Source of the DNA: an uncultured Candidatus Rokubacteria bacterium
GTDB taxonomy: Bacteria; Methylomirabilota; Methylomirabilia; Rokubacteriales; DASRDR01
Assembly: GCA_963805625.1 (NCBI GenBank)
Contig: CAWDVE010000021.1
Location: 64,001 to 128,000 of the forward strand
DNA length: 64,000 bases
Direction: 5' to 3'
The notes below the pieces were generated by a model that ran no database searches, was not told the origin of the DNA, and saw nothing but the letters and a program-made list of their open reading frames with translations. Shown here in pieces: positions 29,633-38,797 of the stretch. The translations under genes were made by a program, and so were the position numbers. Every line of letters starts with the position of its first letter. Within the stretch, counting starts at the first letter, position 1.

Positions 29633-30322
29633 TCATACGAGGTAGACGAGCACGTACAAGACCGGCCAGAGCGCCACGACGAAGTGCCAGTAGATCGCGC
29701 AACACTCGAGCGCGACGTGCCGGTCTTGCGTGAACCGGCCCCGCCGGGCGAGCCAGAGCACCCCGCCCAGCCAGGCGGCCGCACCGAGCACGTGGACGGC
29801 GTGCACGCCGATCAGCGTGTAGAACGTGGCGCCATAGATGCCTGACGACACCCGGAGCCCGAAGTGCACCATCCGCGTCCACTCGACGCCCTGGATGACC
29901 AGGAAGAGGGCGCCGAGCCCCCACGTCCAGGCGAGCCAGCGCACGAGCCCCGTCCGGTCGTCGGCGCGGACGGCCCGGAGCGCCCGCACGAGTGTCCAGC
30001 TCGACGCGAGCAGGACGAGGGTGTTCACGGCCGTGAGCCCGACGGGGAGCCGTGGCTGGCCCGGCGGCGGCCATACCGCCGCTCCCAGGCGGAGCTGGAG
30101 GAAGGCGATCACCAGGCCACCGAAGAACATCGCCTCCCCGCCGAGGAGCATCAGCATGCCCAGGCGAGCGTTCGAGAGCGGCAGTCCCTCCGAGCTCGCG
30201 TGAGGCTCGCCATCCCCGTTGCCGTCATGGGGTCCCGGCGGAGCGGGCGGCCGCCCCCCGCGGTCCGGCACCCGATCGCGGGGCGCCTCGTGGGTCCGGA
30301 TCTCGACGTCGAGCACGGGCAC
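29633..30322 (-). CDS. Cytochrome c oxidase subunit III (first copy)
   Basis: LGMLMLLGGEAMFF, FYTLIGVHAVHV, YWHFV. Confidence 0.88.
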   Translation of the reverse strand: MPVLDVEIRTHEAPRDRVPDRGGRPPAPPGPHDGNGDGEPHASSEGLPLSNARLGMLMLLGGEAMFFGGLVIAFLQLRLGAAVWPPPGQPRLPVGLTAVNTLVLLASSWTLVRALRAVRADDRTGLVRWLAWTWGLGALFLVIQGVEWTRMVHFGLRVSSGIYGATFYTLIGVHAVHVLGAAAWLGGVLWLARRGRFTQDRHVALECCAIYWHFVVALWPVLYVLVYLV

Positions 30323-30330
30323 GAGCGAGC

Positions 30331-30471
30331 TCAGTTCCGCAGCCAGGCCACGGCGGCCGACGCGACCATGAGGAGAACGATCCAGGCCACGAGCACCACC
30401 GCCGTCCGGCGGTTTCGACTCGGAAGGCTGCGCGTGACCGTCGACCCGGCATCCGGCCTCGAGGCGGACAT
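30331..30471 (-). CDS. Small single-TM protein (46 aa) inside the cox operon
   Basis: Translated by hand: MSASRPDAGSTVTRSLPSRNRRTAVVLVAWIVLLMVASAAVAWLRN*. It fills the gap between ctaB and the first subunit III gene. Confidence 0.6.
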   Translation of the reverse strand: MSASRPDAGSTVTRSLPSRNRRTAVVLVAWIVLLMVASAAVAWLRN

Positions 30472-30495
30472 CGCGGGCGCGCGCTCGGGCACGGG

Positions 30496-31406
30496 CTAGC
30501 CGACCTTGTCCAGGGCCATGAGGACCAGCAGGAGCGGCAGATAGATGACGGAGGCGATGACCACCCGCCGGGCGGCCGGCGCCGAGGGACGGAGGGCCTG
30601 CGCCGTGCCGAAGGCCAGAAACACCGCGCCCAGGACAAGAGCTCCGAAGAAGTAGACGCCCCCCGTGAGCCCGACGAGGGTCGGCAGGAGACCGGCGGCG
30701 TGCAGGGCGAGACAGCCGGTCACGATCTGCCGCTCCGTGCTCCCGCCGTCCGGGTCGACGACCGGCAGGACGCGGATGCCGGCGCGCGCGTAGTCCTCGC
30801 GATAGAGCCGGGCGATGGCGAGGGTGTGGGGGAGCTGCCAGAGGAACAGGATGGCGAAGAGCACCCCGGCCCCCACGCCCAGCTCCCCGCGGGCCGCCAC
30901 CCAGCCCGCCACCGGCGGGAGGGCGCCGGGGATCGCGCCCAGCACCGTGCAGAGCGGGCTCACCTGCTTGAGCGGCGTGTAGACGCCGAGGTAGAGCACC
31001 GAGGTAACCGCGGTGATCGCGGCGGCGGCGGGGCCCGCCACCACCACGAGGTACGCGAGGCCGCCGACCGTCACCAGGCTACCGAAGGCGGCCGCCTCGA
31101 TCGGCTGGAGACGCCCGTCCGGGAGGGGCCGGGCACGGGTCCGCAGCATCTGCGCGTCCACGTCCCGCTCGAGGAACTGGTTGAGCGCCAGCGTCCCCCC
31201 GCCGCCAGGGCCGTCCCCACCAGGACCTGCACCAGCCGCAGGAGGTCGAGGTCCCCAGGCGCGCCGAGGTAGTATCCGACGAGCGTCGTCAGCACCACCA
31301 TCAGGACGACCCGGGGCTTCGCGAGGGCGAGAAAGTCCGCCGCCCGGCGGCGGGTCCCGGCCAGCGGGAGCGCTCCCTCCCGCACGATCGCCGTCGGTGA
31401 GGTCAC
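30496..31406 (-). pseudogene. ctaB: Protoheme IX farnesyltransferase (heme o synthase), frameshifted at the G6 run 31200-31195
   Basis: N-part LAKPRVVLMVVLTT...GTALAAG and C-part GTLALNQFLERDVDAQMLRTRARPLP...YTPLK...WQLPH are in different frames; one extra G fuses them. Confidence 0.85.
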
Positions 31407-32326
31407 GCCGCCACCTCCGTCCGCACCGCGGCCATCCGCGGCGCGGCACGCACGCCGGCGCCGAGGGCACGGCGACGGCCCAGCTGGAGCGCGAGGGCCA
31501 CCGCGCTCCCGAGGACGAGCGCTCCCACAGCCCGGTGCAGGACCGGCAGGGCGACGACGGCGACCTCCCCCCCCGGCACCCCGAGACTCGTGAAGCGAAC
31601 GGCGTAGGCGCCGAGACCGAGGAGCAGCTGGACCAGCACCAGGACCTTCACGGCACGCGCCCACCAGGCGAGGATCGGATCCTCCCGGGCGCCGCGGAGG
31701 ACGGCCAGGGCCGTCCCGACCAGGACGCCGGTCGCCACGATCGCCCCCGCCACGTGCCACCACACGGCCGTCCCGTGCGTGGTGAAGGCCCCGAGCACCA
31801 CCTGCCCGTAGACCACGGCCACCGCGAGGCTACCAAGCGACGCCAGTTGCGGGGCCCGCGCGGGCACGCTGGACGGAGCTTGCCATCCGCGGCCCGTGAC
31901 CACGGCGATCCCCACGAGGAGGGCGAAGAACAGCTGCGCCAGGCAGCCGTGGATGAGGGCTAGGGCGTCCCGCAGGAGCACGACACGCAGCCCCCCGATG
32001 AGCCCCTGGACGCAGACTAGAACGACGGCCAGGAGGCCCAGGCCGCGCACCCACCGGCGTGCGTCGACGAACCCGAGGACGGTGGCGAGAATGACGGTGA
32101 GCATCCCGATCGCGGCGCCCAGGAGCCGGTGACCGTGCTCGACCAGCACGCCCCCGACCATCCCCGACCAGGGAAAGAGGAAGGGATTGTAACCGAAGGT
32201 CGTCGGCCAGTCGGGCACGGCCAGCGCGGCCCCGGTGTTGGTGACGAGGCCGCCGGCTACGATCAGGCCGACGGTCGTCCCCGCGGTGGCGCACGCCAGG
32301 CGATGCGACCAGCCCAGAGCCTTCAT
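31403..32326 (-). CDS. ctaA: Heme A synthase (COX15/CtaA)
   Basis: GGLVT..LAVPDWP, EHGHR, QGLIGG, HGCLAQ and further conserved His residues. Confidence 0.85.
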   Translation of the reverse strand: MKALGWSHRLACATAGTTVGLIVAGGLVTNTGAALAVPDWPTTFGYNPFLFPWSGMVGGVLVEHGHRLLGAAIGMLTVILATVLGFVDARRWVRGLGLLAVVLVCVQGLIGGLRVVLLRDALALIHGCLAQLFFALLVGIAVVTGRGWQAPSSVPARAPQLASLGSLAVAVVYGQVVLGAFTTHGTAVWWHVAGAIVATGVLVGTALAVLRGAREDPILAWWARAVKVLVLVQLLLGLGAYAVRFTSLGVPGGEVAVVALPVLHRAVGALVLGSAVALALQLGRRRALGAGVRAAPRMAAVRTEVAA

Positions 32327-32355
32327 CCGTGTACCCGCGCGCTCGATCGCGGCGT

Positions 32356-34104
32356 TCAGTGCCCGTGCCCGCCCGCGCGGGCGCCGGCGACCACCTGGGT
32401 CTGGGGCAGGTAGTCCTCGATCATCCCGGGGACGCTGTACTCGTAGGGACCCCGGTAGACCGTCGGGATCGCCGCCCCCCAGTTGCCGTGGGGCGGAGGC
32501 GACTCCGCCGTCCACTCGAGCGTGTTGGAGTGCCAGGGATTCCGGTCCGCCTTCCGCCCATTGAACAGGCTCGCGACGAAGTTCCAGATGAACAGGATCT
32601 GCGCAACGCCGAGGATGAACGCGGACACCGACATGAACACGGCGATCGGCTGGAGGGACTGGAGGAACTCGTACTGCGTCGGATTGTAGATCCGTCGCAT
32701 CATCCCGCCCACCCCCAGGAAGTGCATCGGGAAGAACACGAGGTTGAAAAAGACGAACGTGAGGATCGCGTGGATCCGCCCCATCGTCTCGTTCATCTCC
32801 CGACCGAAGAGCTTCGGGTACCAGTACGTGATCGCAGCGAACATCGCGAAGATGATCCCCGCCACCACGTAGTGGAAGTGGGCCACGATGAAGTAGGTAT
32901 CGTGGATGAAGATGTCGACCGGCGTGTTGGCCATGAAGATGCCGCTCAGCCCGCCGATCGTGAACGCCGACAGGAACGAGATGGCATGGATCATCGGCGT
33001 CGTGAACCGGATCGAGCCGCCCCAGAGCGTCCCGAGCCAGTTGAACGACTTGATGGCGGACGGCACCGCGATGACCATCGTCGTCAGCATGAACGACGTG
33101 CCCAGCGCGGGGCTCATGCCGCTGACGAACATGTGGTGGCCGTAGACGATCCACGACAGGAACGCGATCGAGATCATCGAGTAGGCCATCGCCCGGTACC
33201 CGAAGATCGGCTTCCGCGAGAAGGTGGACAGGACGTCCGAGGTCACCCCCATGGCGGGCAGCACCAGGATGTAGACCTCCGGGTGGCCGAAGAACCAGAA
33301 GAGGTGCTGCCAGAGCAGCGGCTCACCGCCCCCCGACGGGTCGAACCAGTGGGTCCCGAGCGTGCGGTCGAAGAGCAGCATCGCCGCCGCCGACGTCAGC
33401 ACGGGCAGCGCCAGCAGGAGCAGGATGGCCGTGATGAACAGGGACCAGATCACGAGCGGCAGCCGGAATAGTGTCATGCCGGGCGCCCGCATATTGACGA
33501 CCGTCGTGATGTAGTTGATCGAGCCCATCATCGACGACACGCCGAGGAAGAACAAGCTGATGAGCCAGAGGTTCTGGCCCCAGTTCACCCCGGTGTACTG
33601 CGGATTCGCCGAGAGCGGCGCGTAGGCCGTCCACCCGGCCGCGGCGTGGCCGCCGGGCACGAAGAAGCCGGCCAGCATGATGACGCCCGACAGGGCGCCC
33701 GTCCAGAACGAGAGCATGTTGAGCTTGGGGAACGCCATGTCCCGGGCGCCGATCATGAGCGGGATCAGGAAGTTCCCGAAGCACCCCACCATGATCGGCA
33801 TGACCACGAAGAAGATCATGAGGGTGGCGTGCATCGTGAACAGCATGTTGTAGACCTCGGGCGGGATCACGCCCTCCGTCTCGCTGAAGAGCCAGTGGAG
33901 GCCGGGCACCGGCGTCTCGGGCCAGCCCAGCTCCCACCGGATCAGCATGGCCAGGAAGCCGCCGATCAGCAGCATGAACAGCCCGAGAAACAGGAACTGC
34001 CGGGCGATCATCTTGTGGTCGGTCGAGAAGATGTACGTGCGCACGAACCCGAGGTCGTGGTGCTCGTGGACGTCGTGCGCCGCTGCCGTCGTGCTCTGAG
34101 CCAT
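32356..34104 (-). CDS. coxA: Heme-copper oxidase subunit I, A1 type
   Basis: MHAT, RDMAFPKLN (D-channel), FGHPEVY, HHMF, AIK (K-channel), AHFHY, GMMRR. Confidence 0.96.
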   Translation of the reverse strand: MAQSTTAAAHDVHEHHDLGFVRTYIFSTDHKMIARQFLFLGLFMLLIGGFLAMLIRWELGWPETPVPGLHWLFSETEGVIPPEVYNMLFTMHATLMIFFVVMPIMVGCFGNFLIPLMIGARDMAFPKLNMLSFWTGALSGVIMLAGFFVPGGHAAAGWTAYAPLSANPQYTGVNWGQNLWLISLFFLGVSSMMGSINYITTVVNMRAPGMTLFRLPLVIWSLFITAILLLLALPVLTSAAAMLLFDRTLGTHWFDPSGGGEPLLWQHLFWFFGHPEVYILVLPAMGVTSDVLSTFSRKPIFGYRAMAYSMISIAFLSWIVYGHHMFVSGMSPALGTSFMLTTMVIAVPSAIKSFNWLGTLWGGSIRFTTPMIHAISFLSAFTIGGLSGIFMANTPVDIFIHDTYFIVAHFHYVVAGIIFAMFAAITYWYPKLFGREMNETMGRIHAILTFVFFNLVFFPMHFLGVGGMMRRIYNPTQYEFLQSLQPIAVFMSVSAFILGVAQILFIWNFVASLFNGRKADRNPWHSNTLEWTAESPPPHGNWGAAIPTVYRGPYEYSVPGMIEDYLPQTQVVAGARAGGHGH

Positions 34105-34152
34105 CGTGTCCCTACCTCCCTCGCGAGAGGGTCTCTGTCCGGCGGGGCCGGC

Positions 34153-34809
34153 CTAGGAAGGCCATTTTTCCTTGAGCCACTGCTGGTATTCCTCGGGCGT
34201 GTGGACGAAGAGGTAGCCCTTCATCCCGGAGTGGCCGAACCCGCACAGCTCGGCGCACGGGATCTCGTACTTTCCGGGCTTGGTCACCTCGACCCACTGG
34301 ACGATCTCACGGCCGGGTACCGCGTCCTGCTTGAAGCGCGCGGTCGGAATGAAGACGCTGTGGATCACGTCTCGCGCGCGCAGGTGCATGACCACCGGCT
34401 TGCCCGTCGGCACGTGCAGCTCGTTGTCGAACGACTGGTCGTCGGCCGTGTCGAACTTCCCGTCCGGCCCCGGGTACTGAACCTCCCAGTTGAACTGCTT
34501 TCCGGTGATGCGGACGTGGAGATCGGACTCGGGGATGCGGCTCTTGACCTTCGACCAGCTCGGGATCGAGAGGAAGGTGAGCACGACCAGGATCAGGGAG
34601 GGAACGATCGTCCACACCATCTCGAGGGTCGTGTTGCCGTGGCTGTAGACCGCCCTCCGGCCGGGCCGCTCCCGGTACACCACCAGGAAGGCCACCAGCA
34701 GCACCGTCACGAGCACGAACACGCCGCCGGTGATGTAGTAGATCAGATAGAAGAGGTCGTCGAGCTCCTTGCCGTACGTGGCAATGTTCTCAGGGAGCCA
34801 GCTCATCAT
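34153..34809 (-). CDS. coxB: Cytochrome c oxidase subunit II (CuA)
   Basis: LEMVWTIVP, DVIHS, CAELCGFGHSGM. Confidence 0.95.
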   Translation of the reverse strand: MMSWLPENIATYGKELDDLFYLIYYITGGVFVLVTVLLVAFLVVYRERPGRRAVYSHGNTTLEMVWTIVPSLILVVLTFLSIPSWSKVKSRIPESDLHVRITGKQFNWEVQYPGPDGKFDTADDQSFDNELHVPTGKPVVMHLRARDVIHSVFIPTARFKQDAVPGREIVQWVEVTKPGKYEIPCAELCGFGHSGMKGYLFVHTPEEYQQWLKEKWPS

Positions 34810-34884
34810 CGCAGTCGGCCCGTCCTTTTCGATCGAAGGGGGGTCACGGCCTCGCCGCGCGCCTGGGCTCGGGCCCCGAACTCC

Positions 34885-34928
34885 GGCGTGCGCTCCCGCG
34901 GACCGCCTCGGCTACGGGAGCGCACGCC
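34885..34928 (-). promoter_or_regulatory. Intergenic stem-loop between the cupredoxin gene and coxB
   Basis: GGCGTGCGCTCCCG (34885-34898) and CGGGAGCGCACGCC (34915-34928) form a perfect 14-bp inverted repeat. Confidence 0.6.
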
Positions 34929-34939
34929 ATTCCGGGGTC

Positions 34940-35638
34940 CTACTTCTTTAGCTCGAACGCGACCTTGGTGTCCTGCCCGGCCTTGACCTCGACCTCTTTG
35001 GTCTGCTTGCCGAGCACCGGGTGAACGACCTCGACCTTGTGCTTACCGGGCGGCACGTTCTCCAGCTTGAACGCGCCGTTGCCGTCGGTCACCGCCGTGG
35101 GGTTCTCGGTCACGAAGATCCACCCGTGCATCCAGCTGTGGGCGTCGCACTGGACCTTGACGAGCTCGGGCTTGTCGAGCTTCTCCACCATCTCCTTCTT
35201 GAACTTCGGCTGCGCCTTGTTGATCGGCGGATTGGCTGTGGAGAAGGTGTGGATGTTGTGGAGAACGCCGTCCGAGTTGAGGATCTTGAGCTCGCCGGGC
35301 GACATCACGAGGAGATCCGGATGAAACTCGCAGCCCTTCTGATCGAGGACGGCCGGCTTCGCCGGCTTGGCGCCCTTGGCATCGGTGACGGACACGAGCG
35401 CTTCGCTCAGCCCACCACCGGCGCCGACGACGACGTCGGCGACCTTCTTCTCCTGGCCGCAGACCTCGCTGTCCTTGTTGACCTTGATGACCTTGGGCGC
35501 AGGGGCGGCGCCGGTGAACTTCACCTCGCCGCTGATCGACCCTCCGCCCTGGGCGCTCAACGGCGGCCCTGAGATCAGGGCGACCCCCGCCGCGACGACC
35601 GCGACGGCCAGCACGCTAACGACGATCGACTGCCTCAT
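34940..35638 (-). CDS. Exported cupredoxin-like protein flanked by a carboxypeptidase-regulatory-like domain
   Basis: Signal peptide; DQKGCEF, NSDGVLHNIH, CDAHSWM (type-1 Cu ligands); AGGAGAAGGA upstream. Confidence 0.82.
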   Translation of the reverse strand: MRQSIVVSVLAVAVVAAGVALISGPPLSAQGGGSISGEVKFTGAAPAPKVIKVNKDSEVCGQEKKVADVVVGAGGGLSEALVSVTDAKGAKPAKPAVLDQKGCEFHPDLLVMSPGELKILNSDGVLHNIHTFSTANPPINKAQPKFKKEMVEKLDKPELVKVQCDAHSWMHGWIFVTENPTAVTDGNGAFKLENVPPGKHKVEVVHPVLGKQTKEVEVKAGQDTKVAFELKK

Positions 35639-35672
35639 TGAAGTCCTTCCTCCTTGTGATCGAGTATCCGAG

Positions 35673-37946
35673 CTACGCGGCCTCTTGCCGCCGGCGGGCC
35701 CATCGCGCCAGCCCGAGCTCGGCGGCCCCTGCCACGAGCGCCAGGATCGGTGGCATGACGAACTGCCGCTTCGAGGGTGGCGGCTCGAGCCGCGCATAGT
35801 ACCAGGTCGACACGGCCCCCTTCGGGCCGTCATCCCCTTCCGAGCCGTCCCAGGCCCAGAACGCTACCGGGAAGAACTCGCCGGGGCGGAAGGCAAAATC
35901 CGAAGAATCCGCCGTCTTGAGCGGGCGCCGGATCACGGCCCGGTACTGGCCGGCATCGTAGACCGCCTGCCCCTTGGCCTGGATCGCCTCCCCCGCCTGC
36001 GGCGTCATCTTGCCCACTCCCGTCGCCGTCGCCTCGCCGACATCCACGCCCGCGCGCCAGGTCAAGAGATAGACAGGGTGGCTCCCGTCCCCCATCAGGA
36101 AGTACGGACGGTCTCCCGTCCCTTGCCCCGTCGGAAGCTGGATGGCGACCATGTCCGGCTTCGGCGCCCCCTTCGTCGGATCGGACGCCGTGGGGTCGTC
36201 CCAGGTCAGATGGAATACCGCCTCCCGCTCAGTGTACACCGCCCGCACGGTGACCATGTCGACAGTCGGGTTGAAGTTGCGGGGGTCCGCGATGACCTGG
36301 CCGACCAAGGGGAAGGCGGCTCCGGGCCGCTTCACCCAGAACTCCGCGTTCGGATCGGCCGGCACGTCCCCCGTCGCAGGCGGGATCGACAGGAGGGGCG
36401 CCCAGTTGAGGCGCTCCGGCCCCAGCGACCGGACGTAGTTCGCGAGATCCCAGAGGCTCGCGTCCCGCACGTCCGTGTCCTTCTCGTCGGACTTCCGGTA
36501 GTCCTCGACCGAGTCGGCGATGGCCGGCATGGGCGTCCCCGCCACCCCGGTCAGGAGCCGCATGACCACGTCCTTCCGCTCCGAGCCACCCCGGAAGTTC
36601 CACGGCGCGTGGAGGTTGGCCGGACGGATCGGGTGACCCCAGTCGTCCTTGAGATCCGAGCCCGGCGCCGGATCGCCGCGGCCGGCCTGGCCGTGGCACT
36701 TGACGCACTCGAAGGCGTCGAACATCTTCTTGCCCCGGCGGAGGGACGTCTCGGAGGAGGCGACCTCCTTCGGGACCGCGACGGGCTCGAGCTTGGCGCC
36801 CTTGTAGGACTCGGCGAACGTCTTCACGTATGCCACGACCGCCGAGCGCTCCTTGTCCGGGAGCGACCTCCAGGAGGGCATCGACGTCCCGGGCATCCCG
36901 TCCGTCACGATCCGGAGGAGGTCCTGGTCGGACGCGAGCGGTCCGGCCAGGGTGCGGATCTTGTACTTCCCGGCCGTGAAGTCCCGGGGCCGGGGGACGA
37001 GGAGCTCGGCGGCGGGTCCGTCGCCCTTGCCGTCGGCACCGTGACATCCGGCGCAGCGCTTCTCGTAGACCTGCTTCCCGAGCGCGACGTCGCCGGACTG
37101 GGCGGCCGCCGGCCGCGGTCCGAGGATGGCGGCACCCTCCGCCAGGAGTCCCGACGCGGGGCCCGGAGCCGCCGCCGGCCGCGCCGCGTGCGACTCCATG
37201 ACCCTGGGGGGATGGCCCGTCGTCTCGTAGAGGTAGTAGATCACCTGCCAGATCTGCTCCTCGGTCAGCCGATCTTCCCAGGCTGGCATGGCCGAGTTCC
37301 ATGGCGTCGATTCCTTGGGGAGGCCGGGGCCGCCCTTGGCAATGCGCCAGAACACGAAGCCCTCGGAGAGCTGGGCGATCGTGTTCGGGCCGACGAAGTC
37401 GGCGGGCTGCGGGTTGAAGCCGTGGGCGAAGTGCCCCCGGCCGTCCAGGAGGTCGCCGTGGCAATACACGCAGTTCCGGATGTACGTCGCCGCCCCGGCC
37501 GCGAGGTGCTTCTCGCGGCTCGCGGGGTTCTGCTTGATGTCCTTCCGGATCGGCGTATCGGCGTGCTGGAGATTGACCTCCTTGCCGCGGAAGCTGATCG
37601 AGTCCGGCGGCGCCGGGTGGACCGCGCGGAGCTCGAGCGGTGCCTCGGCGCGCGCCGCCGCCTGGGAATAGGCGTAGTAACCGACCAGGATCGGGATGAC
37701 GACCCCGAGGAACAGGCGCAGCGGGCGGCGCCCGGGCTCGGCGAGCGTCGCCCAGATGGGCGCCACGAAGGCGCGCCAAGAGTCGGAGTCCGACGAGACA
37801 TAGACCAGAACGGCCATCAGCGTGACCGCCATGTAGAGCGAGAACACGCTGAAGGGCATGGGCGGGCGGATGCCGTACTTGAAGAGGAGGGCGGCCACGA
37901 TCAGGACCAGGGCAGCCTGGAGGAACTTCCCGCGCGGCGCTGGCAT
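35673..37946 (-). CDS. Membrane-bound triheme cytochrome c with C-terminal EB_dh (DOMON-like heme b) domain
   Basis: N-terminal TM helices; CVYCH, CAGCH, CVKCH; WDDPT..DMVAIQ..PYFLMG..FWAWDG..K..STW; C-terminal TM. Confidence 0.85.
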   Translation of the reverse strand: MPAPRGKFLQAALVLIVAALLFKYGIRPPMPFSVFSLYMAVTLMAVLVYVSSDSDSWRAFVAPIWATLAEPGRRPLRLFLGVVIPILVGYYAYSQAAARAEAPLELRAVHPAPPDSISFRGKEVNLQHADTPIRKDIKQNPASREKHLAAGAATYIRNCVYCHGDLLDGRGHFAHGFNPQPADFVGPNTIAQLSEGFVFWRIAKGGPGLPKESTPWNSAMPAWEDRLTEEQIWQVIYYLYETTGHPPRVMESHAARPAAAPGPASGLLAEGAAILGPRPAAAQSGDVALGKQVYEKRCAGCHGADGKGDGPAAELLVPRPRDFTAGKYKIRTLAGPLASDQDLLRIVTDGMPGTSMPSWRSLPDKERSAVVAYVKTFAESYKGAKLEPVAVPKEVASSETSLRRGKKMFDAFECVKCHGQAGRGDPAPGSDLKDDWGHPIRPANLHAPWNFRGGSERKDVVMRLLTGVAGTPMPAIADSVEDYRKSDEKDTDVRDASLWDLANYVRSLGPERLNWAPLLSIPPATGDVPADPNAEFWVKRPGAAFPLVGQVIADPRNFNPTVDMVTVRAVYTEREAVFHLTWDDPTASDPTKGAPKPDMVAIQLPTGQGTGDRPYFLMGDGSHPVYLLTWRAGVDVGEATATGVGKMTPQAGEAIQAKGQAVYDAGQYRAVIRRPLKTADSSDFAFRPGEFFPVAFWAWDGSEGDDGPKGAVSTWYYARLEPPPSKRQFVMPPILALVAGAAELGLARWARRRQEAA

Positions 37947-37949
37947 CGG

Positions 37950-38792
37950 CTAGGGCTTGGCCTTCGCGGCCGGCTGACCGGCGGGAGCCGGGGCCGGGCT
38001 ACCCTTGAGGGTCAGCAGGAACGAGACGAGGTCGATGTACTCCTTCGCCGCGAGCTGCTGGCCGAACGTCTTCGGCATGACGCCCGGCGGGAACCCGGAC
38101 ACGGTGCCCTTGGAAGCCGGGTCCAGGATCTTGCCCATGATGTACTCCGGCGTCTGGCTGCCGGCGATGTTGGACAGATCGGGCCCGACCGGGCTCGCCC
38201 CGATCGCGCCCGCCTTGTGACACGCGACGCAGGCGCCCTTGCCCGTGAAGACGGCCTGGCCCGCCTTCGGGTCTCCCGGCAGCTCGATCGACGCCGCGCC
38301 GGCGCCCCCCTGGGCCGTGGCGATCTGCGGCACGTCGTCGAGCTTGACGTCCACCGTCCCGCCGAGGCTCTCGAGGTAGGCCGTGACCGCCCACAGCTCG
38401 CTCCGGTTCAGGCCGATGGGCGGCTTCGACACGTTGGGCATGATGTTCGGGAAGCCCTCGACCACGTAGGCGCTCGGGGTGAGGAACGACTCGACCAGGT
38501 ACGCCGCCGCCTTGGTCCCGGGCTTCCGGGTCGCCGCGCGGGCGCCGACCCCCGCGAGATCCGGCCCGCGGCCGGCGCGGCCGATGCCGTGACACGTCGT
38601 GCATTGCCCCTTCTCGCGGAAGATCTTCTCGCCCGCGGCCACCAGCTGGTCGGGTGTGACGTTCCCGCCCTCGAGGGACAGCTCCTCGGGAGGCTTGGAC
38701 TCGATCTGGGGGATCGAGTTCGCGTACCAGCTGTAGCTGCCCATGACCGCGAGGGCGAACGCTCCCACCTTGACCGGCACGGGAACCGTCAT
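37950..38792 (-). CDS. Membrane-anchored diheme cytochrome c
   Basis: CTTCH..GPDL..MP and CVACH..GPDL..MP. Confidence 0.9.
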   Translation of the reverse strand: MTVPVPVKVGAFALAVMGSYSWYANSIPQIESKPPEELSLEGGNVTPDQLVAAGEKIFREKGQCTTCHGIGRAGRGPDLAGVGARAATRKPGTKAAAYLVESFLTPSAYVVEGFPNIMPNVSKPPIGLNRSELWAVTAYLESLGGTVDVKLDDVPQIATAQGGAGAASIELPGDPKAGQAVFTGKGACVACHKAGAIGASPVGPDLSNIAGSQTPEYIMGKILDPASKGTVSGFPPGVMPKTFGQQLAAKEYIDLVSFLLTLKGSPAPAPAGQPAAKAKP

Positions 38793-38797
38793 CGCGC

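Noticed and set aside
28987-30322. Two subunit III genes as a novelty
   Set aside because: Split or duplicated subunit III is common in cox operons of several phyla.
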